Assembly: GCA_009787085.1 (NCBI GenBank)
Contig: WRGR01000046.1
Span: forward strand, 11,147 to 75,146
Source: Actinomycetes bacterium
GTDB taxonomy: Bacteria; Actinomycetota; Coriobacteriia; Coriobacteriales; UBA8131
DNA: 64,000 nucleotides
Direction of reading: 5' to 3'
The notes under the pieces are model-generated. The model had not been told where the DNA came from, did not search any database, and was given only the letters and a program-made list of their open reading frames with translations. The stretch's first letter is position 1. The number at the start of each line of letters is the position of its first letter. Shown piece after piece: positions 9,603 through 19,725 of this stretch. Position numbers and translations under genes: made by a program.

Positions 9603-10958
9603 TTATCCCCTTAGCTTCAAACGCATCTCTTCTGCCCGGGCAAAGACCCTGTCCACATCAACTTGGTGTTGATGGGCACCGTCGTAAAGCACATCGCCGC
9701 CAACCATCGTCATCAGGATGTTCGATGAGCTGACGGTATGGACGATGGCCGAGTTCGGGTCGTGCGTCGGAGCCTGCGAGGAGTGCGAGAGGTCCAAGGC
9801 GATGATGTCTGCCCGCTTACCGTTTTCCAGCGACCCCACTTGGTCGTCAATCCCCAGCGCTTGGGCGGCTCCCAGCGTTGTAAAATTGATCATCTGGGTG
9901 GCTGTTAGGAAGTTGGAACGCTTGTTCAAGGCTCGCTGTAGCAGCAATGTCATCTGCATCTCGGCCAAGGGGTTCATGGTATCGATGGCTGCCGGCGAGT
10001 CCGTGCCCAGGCCGATGCGCAGCCCCGCCTTGACGAACTTGGCCACTGGCGCCACGCCCATCCCAAGCTGGGCGTTGCAGCGTGTGCAGACCGCCACGGC
10101 CACGTTGTATTGCTCCAAAAACTCGATGTCCTCATCGTCAACATGCACACAGTGTACCGCCAACAAATTGGGTACATCGAACAGCCCCCAATTCAGGATG
10201 TAGCGCACCGGCGAGGTGCCGGTGGCCAGCCAAGGCGGCATGTCAATACCGTAGCCTCGCTCTTGCTCTGTGGAGTGTACCGAGAAAGGCGATGAGCCGT
10301 AACGGATGAAGTCGTACTCCTCCTGCGAGCCGGCCAAGTGGCAAGCCACCGGTGTACCATCCTGAGCGTACTCGCTGATCTGCTGGAAGACCACAGGATG
10401 ACAGGTGTAAAGAGCCTCGGGGGCGATGCCGATACGCTGATAGCCCTGAGTGGCCACCGAGCGCCATTCCTCGATGTCGGCGTAGGCCTCCGCCAGCACC
10501 TTGGACACCTCGTTTTTCTCCATCGTCCCCACCTCGCGGTAGAAAGTGCCGCGTAGGCCAACGGCCTTGGCCGCATGCAGAGGGGCTCCAGTAACGGTAA
10601 TGTCGGCGATGGTGGTGATGCCGGAGCGCACCGTCTCCAAGGCGCCAAGCAGAGCGCTGTCGCGCCAATCATCAGAATTGAAGACCCGCTCCTTTTCAGA
10701 GAGCAGTATCTTCCAAGCAGCATAGGGCGCATCATGGATCAAGCCACGGAAGGCGGCGTATTCCAAGTGCGAATGGGCGTTGACGAATCCGGGCATCAGC
10801 GCAGCCATGCCGAAGTCTCGGGTTGGCTCGTCAGGATAGCGCATCCTCAGCTTGGTGGCAGTGCCGACATCGGCAATGCAGCCATCCTTGACATAGATTG
10901 CACCGTTCTCGATATGTGAAGAGCTGACAGGCAGTACATAACGTGCGACCAGTAACAT
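9603..10958 (-). CDS. Amidohydrolase-superfamily deaminase (MtaD / aminofutalosine-deaminase-like)
   Basis: PGFVNAHSHLEY metal-binding motif, later HC.H and GTDS motifs. 451 aa. Confidence 0.8.
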   Translation of the reverse strand: MLLVARYVLPVSSSHIENGAIYVKDGCIADVGTATKLRMRYPDEPTRDFGMAALMPGFVNAHSHLEYAAFRGLIHDAPYAAWKILLSEKERVFNSDDWRDSALLGALETVRSGITTIADITVTGAPLHAAKAVGLRGTFYREVGTMEKNEVSKVLAEAYADIEEWRSVATQGYQRIGIAPEALYTCHPVVFQQISEYAQDGTPVACHLAGSQEEYDFIRYGSSPFSVHSTEQERGYGIDMPPWLATGTSPVRYILNWGLFDVPNLLAVHCVHVDDEDIEFLEQYNVAVAVCTRCNAQLGMGVAPVAKFVKAGLRIGLGTDSPAAIDTMNPLAEMQMTLLLQRALNKRSNFLTATQMINFTTLGAAQALGIDDQVGSLENGKRADIIALDLSHSSQAPTHDPNSAIVHTVSSSNILMTMVGGDVLYDGAHQHQVDVDRVFARAEEMRLKLRG

Positions 10959-11090
10959 CTTAGCCTCCAGATTCCAAAAAACAGCCCGCTTTGGACACGC
11001 ACCCGTTCCGATGCGTTGCCAAAGCCGACTTCAAAGCAAACCATATAGATTATAGGGCAAGGCGGGCAAAGCCGTGCCGCTCTTCGCCGC

Positions 11091-13019
11091 CTACTGCCTT
11101 GGGCTGAGGTAGGCCGGGTCATGCTGCTGTCGAGGGTGGTTGAGGTCGCTGCGTGCCGGGGTGCCCGAACGCAAACCCCCTATCCCTGACCCTATCTGCC
11201 ACTTCAGCACCTCAAAACCTTGGCCAAGGCGCTTGGCGGTGCCTTGTAGCGGGTTAAAACGCTCGTCAGCAGAAGAAGCAGCCGATAATGCCTTACGAGC
11301 AGTGCCTGGCACCTTCAAGTCGGAAAGCTCGTCTAGCTCCTCCTTCAATGCATTCACCGCAGCCGCCCTCTCCCGCGCCACCTGCGGCGAGGCCCCACGG
11401 TGCTGACGGATGATCTCGTCTAGCCTCCGCGACTGCTCCAAAGCCGTATGCAGCCGGATGTTTGCTGTTTGGGCAGCATCCTCATCCAACACCCCCAGCT
11501 CGGCCTCCAAACGGTTAAGATCGATACGCAGACGATAGTCCGACTCCACCAAATCATCGGCCGAAAGGCTTTCCGACTCGTAGTTCAATGCATACTTCCA
11601 AGAGGGCAGAAGCAAGCGTCGGCTGAGGTCGTCAAGCTTGGTGGCCCGCAACCGGTAGCCGAAGCTCTCCGGGTTATCAGCGGCAATTGATCCGGCTGGC
11701 AGGAAAGGCGCCATCACTCGCACACTCGGGCGCAGCCGGGCATCACAGCCCAGCTGTTCCCGTAGGCCGCGCAGCCATTCCGTGGTTTGCAGTATGCTCT
11801 CCCGTGTTTGCTGGGGAATGCCATTCAGGAACCGCAACTCGATGTTTCTGCAGCCTGTGGCCAAGGCGCTGCGGATGGCAGCGGTCAGCTGTTGGTTGCT
11901 GTAAGGCTTGCCGTAATCTGCCCGCAACTGCTCGTCATGGCTAACAGCACTAAGCCTCAGGCTCCAGTTGGAAAATGCCCTGTCAAACAGTTTGAACAGC
12001 CGCTCGGCATCATCCGGAGGCGTATACAGCTCCAGTTCGACCGGGTCGTTTAGACCCTTGCCCAGCGCTTTTAGCAGACGCTCGGTGTACACCTCGCCGG
12101 CTTGGGGAATATCCCCCATCAGACGTAGCGGACCTGAGAAGTGATGTGCTGACTGAGTGAGGTCACGTGCCAAGCACTCCGGGTCAGCCCAAGCGCTGCG
12201 CCGCCGCCCTTGGTAGAGGTAGTTGGCGGTATAAGAGCGTGGGCAACAAATGCAGTTGTGGTTGCAACCGCGGCAAAGCACCACCGGGCTTTCTGGAGCC
12301 GAGAGCCATGACCGGTTGGGAATCAAGGTGGCCACATTCTGCCGTCTGCCCATGCTTTTCAGAAGGTAGGCGTGGTCGAAGGCCAAAGCCTCCAAGTTGC
12401 CGGGCACCCAGCTGATGGGGTTATGCTCGATACGGCCGCTGCTGTCCTTCCAGGAGAGGTTGGGGATATCGTCCAGGTCACCGATGTCTGACCAAACCTT
12501 CTCGCTCAGCACAATCCGCTCGGCCAACAGGCGCAGGGGCTCTTCGATACTGTCCCCGGAAAGCACATAGTCAACGTGGCGCCGCTCCATCAGCTCTTGG
12601 CGATAGACGCTGACAGCGTTGCCGAACATCAGCAAAGGGGTACGCGGATGCAGGGTTTTCAGGATGCGGGCGACCTCCAAGGTGCCCTGAACGGAGCTTA
12701 CGCTCTCCATGTCCAAGATAAAGAGCTTGCTGGTCTGCTGCGACAAGAAGCGCGTCGGGTCGAGGTTTGCCCTCATCAGCATCTGCACGGCCATGTTGAC
12801 CAGCACCGTAGAGAACGCCGTGCGTTCAAGGTATTCAGCTATCTGGGTCAGGGCAGGCGGATACACCTCACAGATCGGTGAGCGACGCGAGACACTGGCC
12901 AGCGGGGCATAAAGAATGGCACGCTGGCGAAAATCAAAGATAGCAGGAGCATGGATGAAGGCAATGTCTACTGAAGCCACTGGATGACCCTGGTTCCTTT
13001 CTGCTCTAACAGCACGCAA
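11091..13019 (-). CDS. B12-binding-domain radical SAM protein with a ~200-aa C-terminal extension
   Basis: N-terminal B12-like domain. CNHNCICC contains CX3CX2C. The C-terminal third is coiled-coil-like or low-complexity. Confidence 0.8.
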   Translation of the reverse strand: MRAVRAERNQGHPVASVDIAFIHAPAIFDFRQRAILYAPLASVSRRSPICEVYPPALTQIAEYLERTAFSTVLVNMAVQMLMRANLDPTRFLSQQTSKLFILDMESVSSVQGTLEVARILKTLHPRTPLLMFGNAVSVYRQELMERRHVDYVLSGDSIEEPLRLLAERIVLSEKVWSDIGDLDDIPNLSWKDSSGRIEHNPISWVPGNLEALAFDHAYLLKSMGRRQNVATLIPNRSWLSAPESPVVLCRGCNHNCICCPRSYTANYLYQGRRRSAWADPECLARDLTQSAHHFSGPLRLMGDIPQAGEVYTERLLKALGKGLNDPVELELYTPPDDAERLFKLFDRAFSNWSLRLSAVSHDEQLRADYGKPYSNQQLTAAIRSALATGCRNIELRFLNGIPQQTRESILQTTEWLRGLREQLGCDARLRPSVRVMAPFLPAGSIAADNPESFGYRLRATKLDDLSRRLLLPSWKYALNYESESLSADDLVESDYRLRIDLNRLEAELGVLDEDAAQTANIRLHTALEQSRRLDEIIRQHRGASPQVARERAAAVNALKEELDELSDLKVPGTARKALSAASSADERFNPLQGTAKRLGQGFEVLKWQIGSGIGGLRSGTPARSDLNHPRQQHDPAYLSPRQ

Positions 13020-13269
13020 TCCCCTTACGGGGGATGTCTGTGCTTGCTACGCTACTACCTACTACACTGCTACGCAAAACCCGCTAAGGGTCCGAAGACC
13101 CGGCCAAACAAACCATCATCAATACGTGACCGAGGCCTGAGCGCTATTTATACTATCGCATCAGCCCGAATGTTTCCAGACATAAGTATTGTCAAACAGC
13201 CGTACCCGATGATTCGTATTGTCTATGGTCTGGAGATGCCACGTCGATCCCTGTATCCTCTGCTTGCCC

Positions 13270-16071
13270 TTAAATCGGAACTAGCAAGCTGCGAGCCGCC
13301 TCTAAGGCTTGGGGCAGACCCGCTGGGTCTTTGCCGCCGGCTTGGGCCATGTTCGGACGACCGCCGCCGCCGCCCTTTACCAGCGGGGCAATCTGCTTGA
13401 TCAGGCCACCAGCATTGAAACCTTGGGCGATAGCGGCATCGTTGGCCGCTGCCAGCAGCAGCGGTGTACCAGCCGGAGTAACACCGCCAAGCACTAGGGC
13501 AAGCCCGGCAGAATCGGCAGAGGCAGCGCCAGATGCATGCGCCTCTTGGCGCAGACGGTCCCAGACGGCGCGCATCTCATCTACTTCCAAGCCGTCCAAC
13601 TGCTTGATTACCAGCAAGTAGCCAACCCCGTCGACCTTCGCGGCCAACAGCCCATCGGCGCTGTCGCTCAATGCCGCCCAACGCTCGGCCTTTAAGCTAG
13701 CCTCCATCTCGTGTAACTTCCCCTGCAAGGCCTCGATGCGCTCGGCCACATCCGACGTTCTCGCCTTCAGCAGCGTTGCTGCAGCATGCAGCTCACGTTC
13801 TTCGCGCTTCACGAACTCCAAGGCGTCAAAGCTGGTCACGGCCTCGATGCGGCGCATCGAGGCGCCCACCGAAGACTCAGCGGTGATTTTCAGAAAACCG
13901 ATCTGAGCAGTATGCCGAACATGCGTACCGCCGCAAAGCTCGCGGGACTCCGAGCCGGCCTGGAGCACCCGTACCCGGTCGCCATACTTCTCCCCGAATA
14001 GAGCTGTGACGCCAGACGAGCGTGCCTCATCGAGACTGGTCTGGTAAGAGCTGACCGGGCTGTCCGCCATGATCAAGCGGTTCACCATATCCTCGACCGC
14101 CTCTAACTGCTCGGCTGTCAGCGGCTCAAAATGAGTGAAGTCAAAGCGCAGACGCTCCGGTGCCACCAAGGAGCCGGCCTGCTTGACATGGCTGCCCAGC
14201 ACTTGCTGTAGCGCGTAATGCAACAGGTGAGTGGCGGTATGGTTGCGCTCAATGCGTTCGCGGCGCAGCACATCGATGGCTGCATGCACCTGGTCGCCGA
14301 CCGCTATCCGCCCCTCGGCCGTGCCGCAGTGGGCGTAGACCTGTTCGTGCACTTGGGTGTCAGTAACCTTGAAAAGTACCCCGAGCGCACCACCAATATC
14401 CCCGGCATCACCAGTATCTCCAGCAACTCCGGCGGCTGTTTCCCTGCCGGGCGCACTGATGGTGCCGCTGTCACCGATCTGGCCGCCCATCTCACCGTAA
14501 AACGGTGTACGGTCCAATATCAGTTGCGCTTGCTGGCCAGCACCAATCTCCAAAACCCGACAGGCCTGGCCATCGGCCTCCACCACGATGGCCAGCACCG
14601 TGGCATCAGCTTGGCCACGTTCGTAGCCCTCGAAGTAAGTCTGGCCGCAACTGGCGGCAATGTCCGTGAACACACCACCGACACTGCCCCAGGCATCGTC
14701 CTTCACAGCATCCCGCGCCCGCTGACGCTGCTGCCGCATACAGACATCGAAGCCGTCACGGTCGACGGCAAACCCCTGTTCGGCGGCAATCTCCACCGTC
14801 AAGTCGATGGGGAAGCCGTAGCGGTCGTGCAGCTCGAAGGCCACCCGCCCGTCAAGCACGCCAGATGCCCGTTCATCCGCAGCATTAGCGCCGACCTCGC
14901 CAACCTTGCCAAAGCCGCTGGCAGACGCTACGCTACCATCCTGCGCCAGTGCCGCCAACTCGGCCTCCAAGTAGCTCTGGCCAAGCCGTAAGGTAGCTGC
15001 AAAACGCTCCTCCTCGGCCAGCACCACCCGCTCAATCAGCGCTTGGTTCTCACTGATCTCCGGATAAACACCGCCCATTTCCGCTATCACCAACTGGACA
15101 TAATGGCTGAGGAACGGCATCTCAATGCCCAACCGCTGTCCGTGCATCATCGCCCGACGCAACAGGCGGCGCAAAACATAGCCACGTCCCTCGTTAGACG
15201 GCAGGATGCCGTCGCCGATCATGAAAGTCACCGCCCGGGAGTGGTCGGCGCAAATCCGTAACGATAAATCGTCGTTACCACCAAAGCCATAGCTCCGACC
15301 GCTCAGGCGCTCGCCAACAGCAACTAGGCCACGCAAGATATCTGTCTCGTAGTTACTCTGGACACCCTGCAAGATGGCAACAGTGCGTTCCAAGCCCATG
15401 CCGGTATCAATGTTCTTCCTCGGCAGTGGCACCAAGCTGCCGTTTTCTTGGGCATCGAACTGGGTGAACACCAAGTTCCAGTACTCCAAAAAGCGGTCGC
15501 AATCACAGCCAGGAGCGCAGTCCGGGCTGCCACAACCGACCTCTGGGCCTTGGTCGTAATACAGCTCGCTGCAAGGCCCACAAGGTCCGGTCGGGCCAGC
15601 GCGCCAGAAGTTATCCGCCTCGCCCAGCCGCGTGATGTGGCTGGGCGGGACACCCAGCGCTTCCCAGATACCGATGGTTTCATCGTCGTCAAGATAGACC
15701 GTAAAATACAGCTTGCTGAAATCAAAGCCCAAAACTTCGGTAGAAAACTCCAAGGCCCAAGTACACATCTCCTGTTTAAAATAGGCACCGAAGCTGAAGT
15801 TGCCGAGCATCTCGAAGAAGGAGAGGTGCCTGCCGGTGGTGCCGATGATGTCGATGTCTGTGGTGCGCACACACTTCTGCACCGTGGTGGTGCCAATATA
15901 GGGTACCTCCAACTGCTTGAGCTGCAAAAACCAAGGCTTGAACTGCACCATACCGGCACTGGTCAAAAGCATCGAGGGATCATCAGGAATAAGCGAGCTG
16001 GAGGGCAGCCGCTTACAGCCCTTAGACTCGAAGAAGGCTAGGAATTTCTCTCTCAGTTCACTGCTTCTCAC
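13270..16071 (-). CDS. alaS: Alanine--tRNA ligase
   Basis: 933-aa ORF: MRSSELREKFLAFFESKGC..., class II motifs, HxxxH editing region, C-terminal DHHA1-like GGGGGRP. Confidence 0.95.
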   Translation of the reverse strand: MRSSELREKFLAFFESKGCKRLPSSSLIPDDPSMLLTSAGMVQFKPWFLQLKQLEVPYIGTTTVQKCVRTTDIDIIGTTGRHLSFFEMLGNFSFGAYFKQEMCTWALEFSTEVLGFDFSKLYFTVYLDDDETIGIWEALGVPPSHITRLGEADNFWRAGPTGPCGPCSELYYDQGPEVGCGSPDCAPGCDCDRFLEYWNLVFTQFDAQENGSLVPLPRKNIDTGMGLERTVAILQGVQSNYETDILRGLVAVGERLSGRSYGFGGNDDLSLRICADHSRAVTFMIGDGILPSNEGRGYVLRRLLRRAMMHGQRLGIEMPFLSHYVQLVIAEMGGVYPEISENQALIERVVLAEEERFAATLRLGQSYLEAELAALAQDGSVASASGFGKVGEVGANAADERASGVLDGRVAFELHDRYGFPIDLTVEIAAEQGFAVDRDGFDVCMRQQRQRARDAVKDDAWGSVGGVFTDIAASCGQTYFEGYERGQADATVLAIVVEADGQACRVLEIGAGQQAQLILDRTPFYGEMGGQIGDSGTISAPGRETAAGVAGDTGDAGDIGGALGVLFKVTDTQVHEQVYAHCGTAEGRIAVGDQVHAAIDVLRRERIERNHTATHLLHYALQQVLGSHVKQAGSLVAPERLRFDFTHFEPLTAEQLEAVEDMVNRLIMADSPVSSYQTSLDEARSSGVTALFGEKYGDRVRVLQAGSESRELCGGTHVRHTAQIGFLKITAESSVGASMRRIEAVTSFDALEFVKREERELHAAATLLKARTSDVAERIEALQGKLHEMEASLKAERWAALSDSADGLLAAKVDGVGYLLVIKQLDGLEVDEMRAVWDRLRQEAHASGAASADSAGLALVLGGVTPAGTPLLLAAANDAAIAQGFNAGGLIKQIAPLVKGGGGGRPNMAQAGGKDPAGLPQALEAARSLLVPI

Positions 16072-16112
16072 AAGGCTCGCTTTCTTTGTATATAGGCATT
16101 AGCCAACCGTGC

Positions 16113-17201
16113 TCAGAATGGCCATTGGACGCGAGTGGGCTCGGTCGACTCTGACTTGGCGGCATCGTCAACCGCATCCTGCGAGAACGGTGCCACTGTG
16201 TCATCAACGGCCAGAGAGGCCGCTGAGCGCCCTTCTACGGCAGCGGCCGCAGCATTCCCTGTGGCGGTGCTGACAGCATTCGACTCCTCAACCACTTCTC
16301 TGACTGCCGAGGCTATCTCTGCTGGCACATCATCATCAGCAGTCGCAGCCTCCGCAGCAGTCGCAGCCTCCGCAGCAGTCGCAGCCTCCGCAGCAGTCGC
16401 AGCCTCTACGGATGTCGCAGCCTCTGAAGCCTCATCGCTGAGATGTGCCTCAAAGCCGGGCATGCGTGGGCTCGCAGGGACGGACTGCTCTTCAGACGCG
16501 GTCGTGCCGACAACAGTGGCCGACAAGGACGCGCCAGCCGCCGCGACAGCAGCGGCAACCGCGGCTGCCGCCGCAGGCTCGCCAGCAGATGCCGGAACAG
16601 CAGGGGCAGCTTCACGCTTACCAGCGATTGCGGCAGCGGCAGACTCGGGTTCACCAGTGACAGTCTCAGGCCAACCGGCAACAGCCGAGACAGCATCAGA
16701 CTCGCTGACAGTGGCGCCCGCACCAAGCTCGCCAGCAGCCAAAGCGGCCTCGTCCACGGCAGTCGCCTCTGCCGCTTTCAGGGAGTTTTTAAAGCCTTTT
16801 TCGCCCTTCTTGGCAGCAAAGATATTGCGTACCTTGTCAGTGGCCGAGGTCAGCAAGCTCAACGGCGCATCGGCGATGTTCGACACCTTTTTCACAGTTC
16901 CTGATGCCGTATTGGTGACATCCGATATGTCAGCCAGGATCTGGTCCGCTCGCATCAGCTCCAAATTCAGGGCATCCACCGTCAATGACACTCGCTCCAT
17001 TAGGGGATCAACACGTTTCAAGGCCGGTTCTAAAGCCTCAATCGCACCATTGACCTTCTCCACAGTGGGCTGCAGTTCGTCGATGGTCTTGCGCACCCGG
17101 GAAAGCGTGCGAACAAGCTCAACTACAAAAACCACCAGCGCCAACAACAGCAAAGCGCCCGAAGCCATCAGGATCATTCTCAGGATATCTTCAGTAATCA
17201 T
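16113..17201 (-). CDS. DUF948-family membrane-anchored protein with an Ala/Glu-rich repetitive tail (start taken at the internal ATG)
   Basis: MITEDILRMILMASGALLLLALVVFVVELVRTLSRVRKTIDEL... is DUF948-like from memory. The tail contains EAATAA repeats. Confidence 0.65.
   Translation of the reverse strand: MITEDILRMILMASGALLLLALVVFVVELVRTLSRVRKTIDELQPTVEKVNGAIEALEPALKRVDPLMERVSLTVDALNLELMRADQILADISDVTNTASGTVKKVSNIADAPLSLLTSATDKVRNIFAAKKGEKGFKNSLKAAEATAVDEAALAAGELGAGATVSESDAVSAVAGWPETVTGEPESAAAAIAGKREAAPAVPASAGEPAAAAAVAAAVAAAGASLSATVVGTTASEEQSVPASPRMPGFEAHLSDEASEAATSVEAATAAEAATAAEAATAAEAATADDDVPAEIASAVREVVEESNAVSTATGNAAAAAVEGRSAASLAVDDTVAPFSQDAVDDAAKSESTEPTRVQWPF
16339..16407 (-). repeat. In-frame 18-bp tandem repeat (~3.8 copies, EAATAA)
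   Basis: gcagtcgcagcctccgca units at 16339, 16357, 16375 and 16393 (last one partial). Confidence 0.85.
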
Positions 17202-17290
17202 ACCCAAGTCCTCCAAAACGAACAGTGAGACATTGCTACAATGATAGCAGACTTCGGGCTTTGATCGACACTTTCTTGAAGTGACACCGA

Positions 17291-18601
17291 TCAATCACCC
17301 TGTTCTTGGCGGTCGCGTTCAACCGCCTCGCTACGATAAGCCTCCCAGCCACGCTCGCCCGGCACATAGAAGGCACCCCGCTCCAAGCCATCCGGCAGGT
17401 ATTGCTGCTCGACAAAGCCACGTTCGTCGGAATGGGGATAGCGGTAGCGAGGATAGTTCTCGGCCCTAGGCCGGTGCCGGTCGCGCAAGTGGTTGGGCAC
17501 TGCTCGCAAAGGGCCTTTGGAAACCTCGCCCCGGGCTGCCATAATCGCCGTCACCGCCGAGTTCGACTTTGGGGCAAGTGCCATATAAATGGCAGCCTGA
17601 GACAGGTTTATCTGGCATTCGGGGTAGCCGATGCTTTCGGCGGCCTTGAATGCCGCAGCTGCGACAAGCAAGGCTTGAGGGTCAGCGTTGCCCACGTCCT
17701 CGCTGGAGAAGATCAGAATGCGCCGGGCGATGAACTTGGGGTCCTCCCCGCCTTCGATCATCCGTGCCAGCCAGTAGACCGCCGCATCCGGGTCACTGCC
17801 GCGCATGCTTTTAATGAAGGCCGAGATCACGTCATAATGAACATCACCGTTTTTGTCATACGGCAGTTGGCGTCCGGGGCTAGCATCACGCACCTGTTCG
17901 ATACCGACCTCATCTAGAGCATCGGCGGCGGCCACATCACAGGCCATCTCGAGGATGCTCAGCGCCGCCCGAGCATCACCGCCGCTAAGAGTGACAATTG
18001 CCCGCAAGGCCTCTGGTGTTATGGTAAAAGCCGATTTCAGGCCGCGTTCATCAATCAGAGCGGCATGTACCACAGCCTCGATATCAGTATCACTCAACTC
18101 ATAAAACTCAATCACCCGGGATCGGGAGAGCAGTGCCGTGTTCACCTCAAAAAAGGGGTTTTCGGTAGTGGCACCAATCAGCACCAGCACTCGGTCCTCC
18201 ACCGCATGCAGCAAGGCATCTTGCTGCGAACGGGAAAAACGGTGGATCTCATCGACAAAAAGGATAGTTCGTATTCCAGAGAGCGTCAGGTCTAGGGTGG
18301 CCGTCTCGATCACCTGCCGCAAGTCAGCAACCCCGCCGCTGACCGCCGAGACTTCCCGGAAGTTGGCATGAGTGACAGACGCGATGATCCGCGCCAACGT
18401 GGTCTTGCCAGTACCTGCCGGCCCGAAGATGATAATCGAGGAAAGCCGGTCGTTTTCAATGGCGCTGCGCAGCCAAGTGCCAGCGCCCACCGCTTGGCTT
18501 TGGCCGACAAGCTCGTCCAAATTGCACGGACGCATACGCACCGCGAGCGGTGCTACTTGGAAAAGTGTCGCCTTTTGCTGAGTAGTGAAGAGATTGTCCA
18601 T
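17291..18601 (-). CDS. rarA: Replication-associated recombination protein A (AAA+); start at the ATG at 18601
   Basis: MDNLFT...LAVRMRPCNLDELVGQ..., Walker A GPAGTGKTT, Walker B FVDEIHRF. The upstream part of the tracked ORF (to 18703) runs through a palindromic repeat. Confidence 0.9.
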   Translation of the reverse strand: MDNLFTTQQKATLFQVAPLAVRMRPCNLDELVGQSQAVGAGTWLRSAIENDRLSSIIIFGPAGTGKTTLARIIASVTHANFREVSAVSGGVADLRQVIETATLDLTLSGIRTILFVDEIHRFSRSQQDALLHAVEDRVLVLIGATTENPFFEVNTALLSRSRVIEFYELSDTDIEAVVHAALIDERGLKSAFTITPEALRAIVTLSGGDARAALSILEMACDVAAADALDEVGIEQVRDASPGRQLPYDKNGDVHYDVISAFIKSMRGSDPDAAVYWLARMIEGGEDPKFIARRILIFSSEDVGNADPQALLVAAAAFKAAESIGYPECQINLSQAAIYMALAPKSNSAVTAIMAARGEVSKGPLRAVPNHLRDRHRPRAENYPRYRYPHSDERGFVEQQYLPDGLERGAFYVPGERGWEAYRSEAVERDRQEQGD

Positions 18602-18607
18602 GCCGCT

Positions 18608-18613
18608 ATTGTA
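18608..18613 (-). promoter_or_regulatory. Candidate -10 hexamer TACAAT placed for a leaderless rarA transcript
   Basis: The minus strand reads TATTATACAAT-AGCGGC-ATG. Six nt separate the hexamer from the ATG, which is the typical geometry of actinobacterial leaderless mRNAs. Confidence 0.3.
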
Positions 18614-18627
18614 TAATAGTGCGAGGT

Positions 18628-18720
18628 AAAAGACGACGGCACATGTGTCCTGCCAAGTCCAGAGGAATGGGGAGAGGGGGGAGGAGGAGAGCTGGCAGGA
18701 CACATGTACCGTTGTCTTTT
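18628..18720. repeat. 28-bp inverted repeat (26/28 matches) with a 37-nt purine-rich loop; likely a terminator or REP-like hairpin
   Basis: AAAAGACGACGGCACATGTGTCCTGCCA (18628-18655) against TGGCAGGACACATGTACCGTTGTCTTTT (18693-18720). On the minus strand it is followed by TTTT. Confidence 0.8.
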
Positions 18721-18750
18721 GCCCTTTCGGGGCAACAAGATGAAACAGCC

Positions 18751-19059
18751 CTATATGATTTTTAAGGTGACCCTGCCTTTAGATATCCGGAAAGAAACGC
18801 AACGGCAGCCAGCATAGAACCGAACAATAATGCCATCAGCGTCAAAAGATCGTTGTTGCCTCTCTTGGGGTGGGTGCCAAAACGACACCTCAATTTCTCT
18901 GACAGCATAGCGCGCACCTTCTAGCCTAAGCTCTTCACGATCTCCCCAGACCCCTTTCAAGGCAGTTCCGAACCGCTGATTAATTGCGATCCGCCAAGTA
19001 TCATAACATTCCCGCATCGACTCCGCAATCGTTTGAATAGAAATACATAAAAAAACCAT
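18751..19059 (-). CDS. Hypothetical orphan protein; the start may be the ATG at 19017
   Basis: Only long ORF in a lower-GC patch (29/60 GC in line 18841-18900). I do not recognise the sequence and the RBS is weak. Confidence 0.3.
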   Translation of the reverse strand: MVFLCISIQTIAESMRECYDTWRIAINQRFGTALKGVWGDREELRLEGARYAVREIEVSFWHPPQERQQRSFDADGIIVRFYAGCRCVSFRISKGRVTLKII

Positions 19060-19124
19060 ATATGGGCGCTCTGAATTGTACCCGAACTACGGTCATCACG
19101 ACCGGAACCTTCAATGATGAAGCC

Positions 19125-19568
19125 TTACAATAACTCGGCACTTCCCCCGCTAATATAGGGCTTCTTGCCATCCAGCAACTGTTGGATACTAACCGAATCC
19201 AAATAGTCACGCAGAAGGGCATTGGCTCCCTCCCACACCTTATGAAACTGGCAGAGCCGATGACGCGAGCACCAGCTCTCATCATAGGCGCAAACTGCGA
19301 CGCTCAGGGGGCCTTGCACCGCCTCGATTAAGCGGAAGAGGGTCAGCTCTGCCGGGTCAACAGCCAGAAGCATCCCCCCATAGGCACCACGCACCGAGTG
19401 CACCAAGCCGGCCTGCACCAAATTATGCTGGATGTTCCGAGCAAAAGCGTAGGGGACTTCGTTCTGAGCGGCCGCTTTGCGCACTGAAAGCGGGCGGCCT
19501 TCATTCTGAATCAACGCGGCAATCAGCCGAATTGCATAATCTGTCCTACGTGATATGTCTACTGCCAT
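19125..19568 (-). CDS. Rrf2-family transcriptional regulator
   Basis: MAVDISRRTDYAIRLIAAL... winged-helix N-terminus typical of Rrf2/IscR. C-terminal Cys residues (CAYDESWCSRHRLC). Confidence 0.85.
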   Translation of the reverse strand: MAVDISRRTDYAIRLIAALIQNEGRPLSVRKAAAQNEVPYAFARNIQHNLVQAGLVHSVRGAYGGMLLAVDPAELTLFRLIEAVQGPLSVAVCAYDESWCSRHRLCQFHKVWEGANALLRDYLDSVSIQQLLDGKKPYISGGSAELL

Positions 19569-19725
19569 CTAATTCCCAAACCTGCTGATCTCCTCTACTG
19601 ACCTCCCCCAGTTGTCACCTACTGTTGATCTGCTGCCCACACCGAAGCTGCTATCTCAGCAGGCCTACCATGGACATCCCAAGGTATTGCTACCGTATAG
19701 ATAACAATTGACTTTAAATTCTAAC

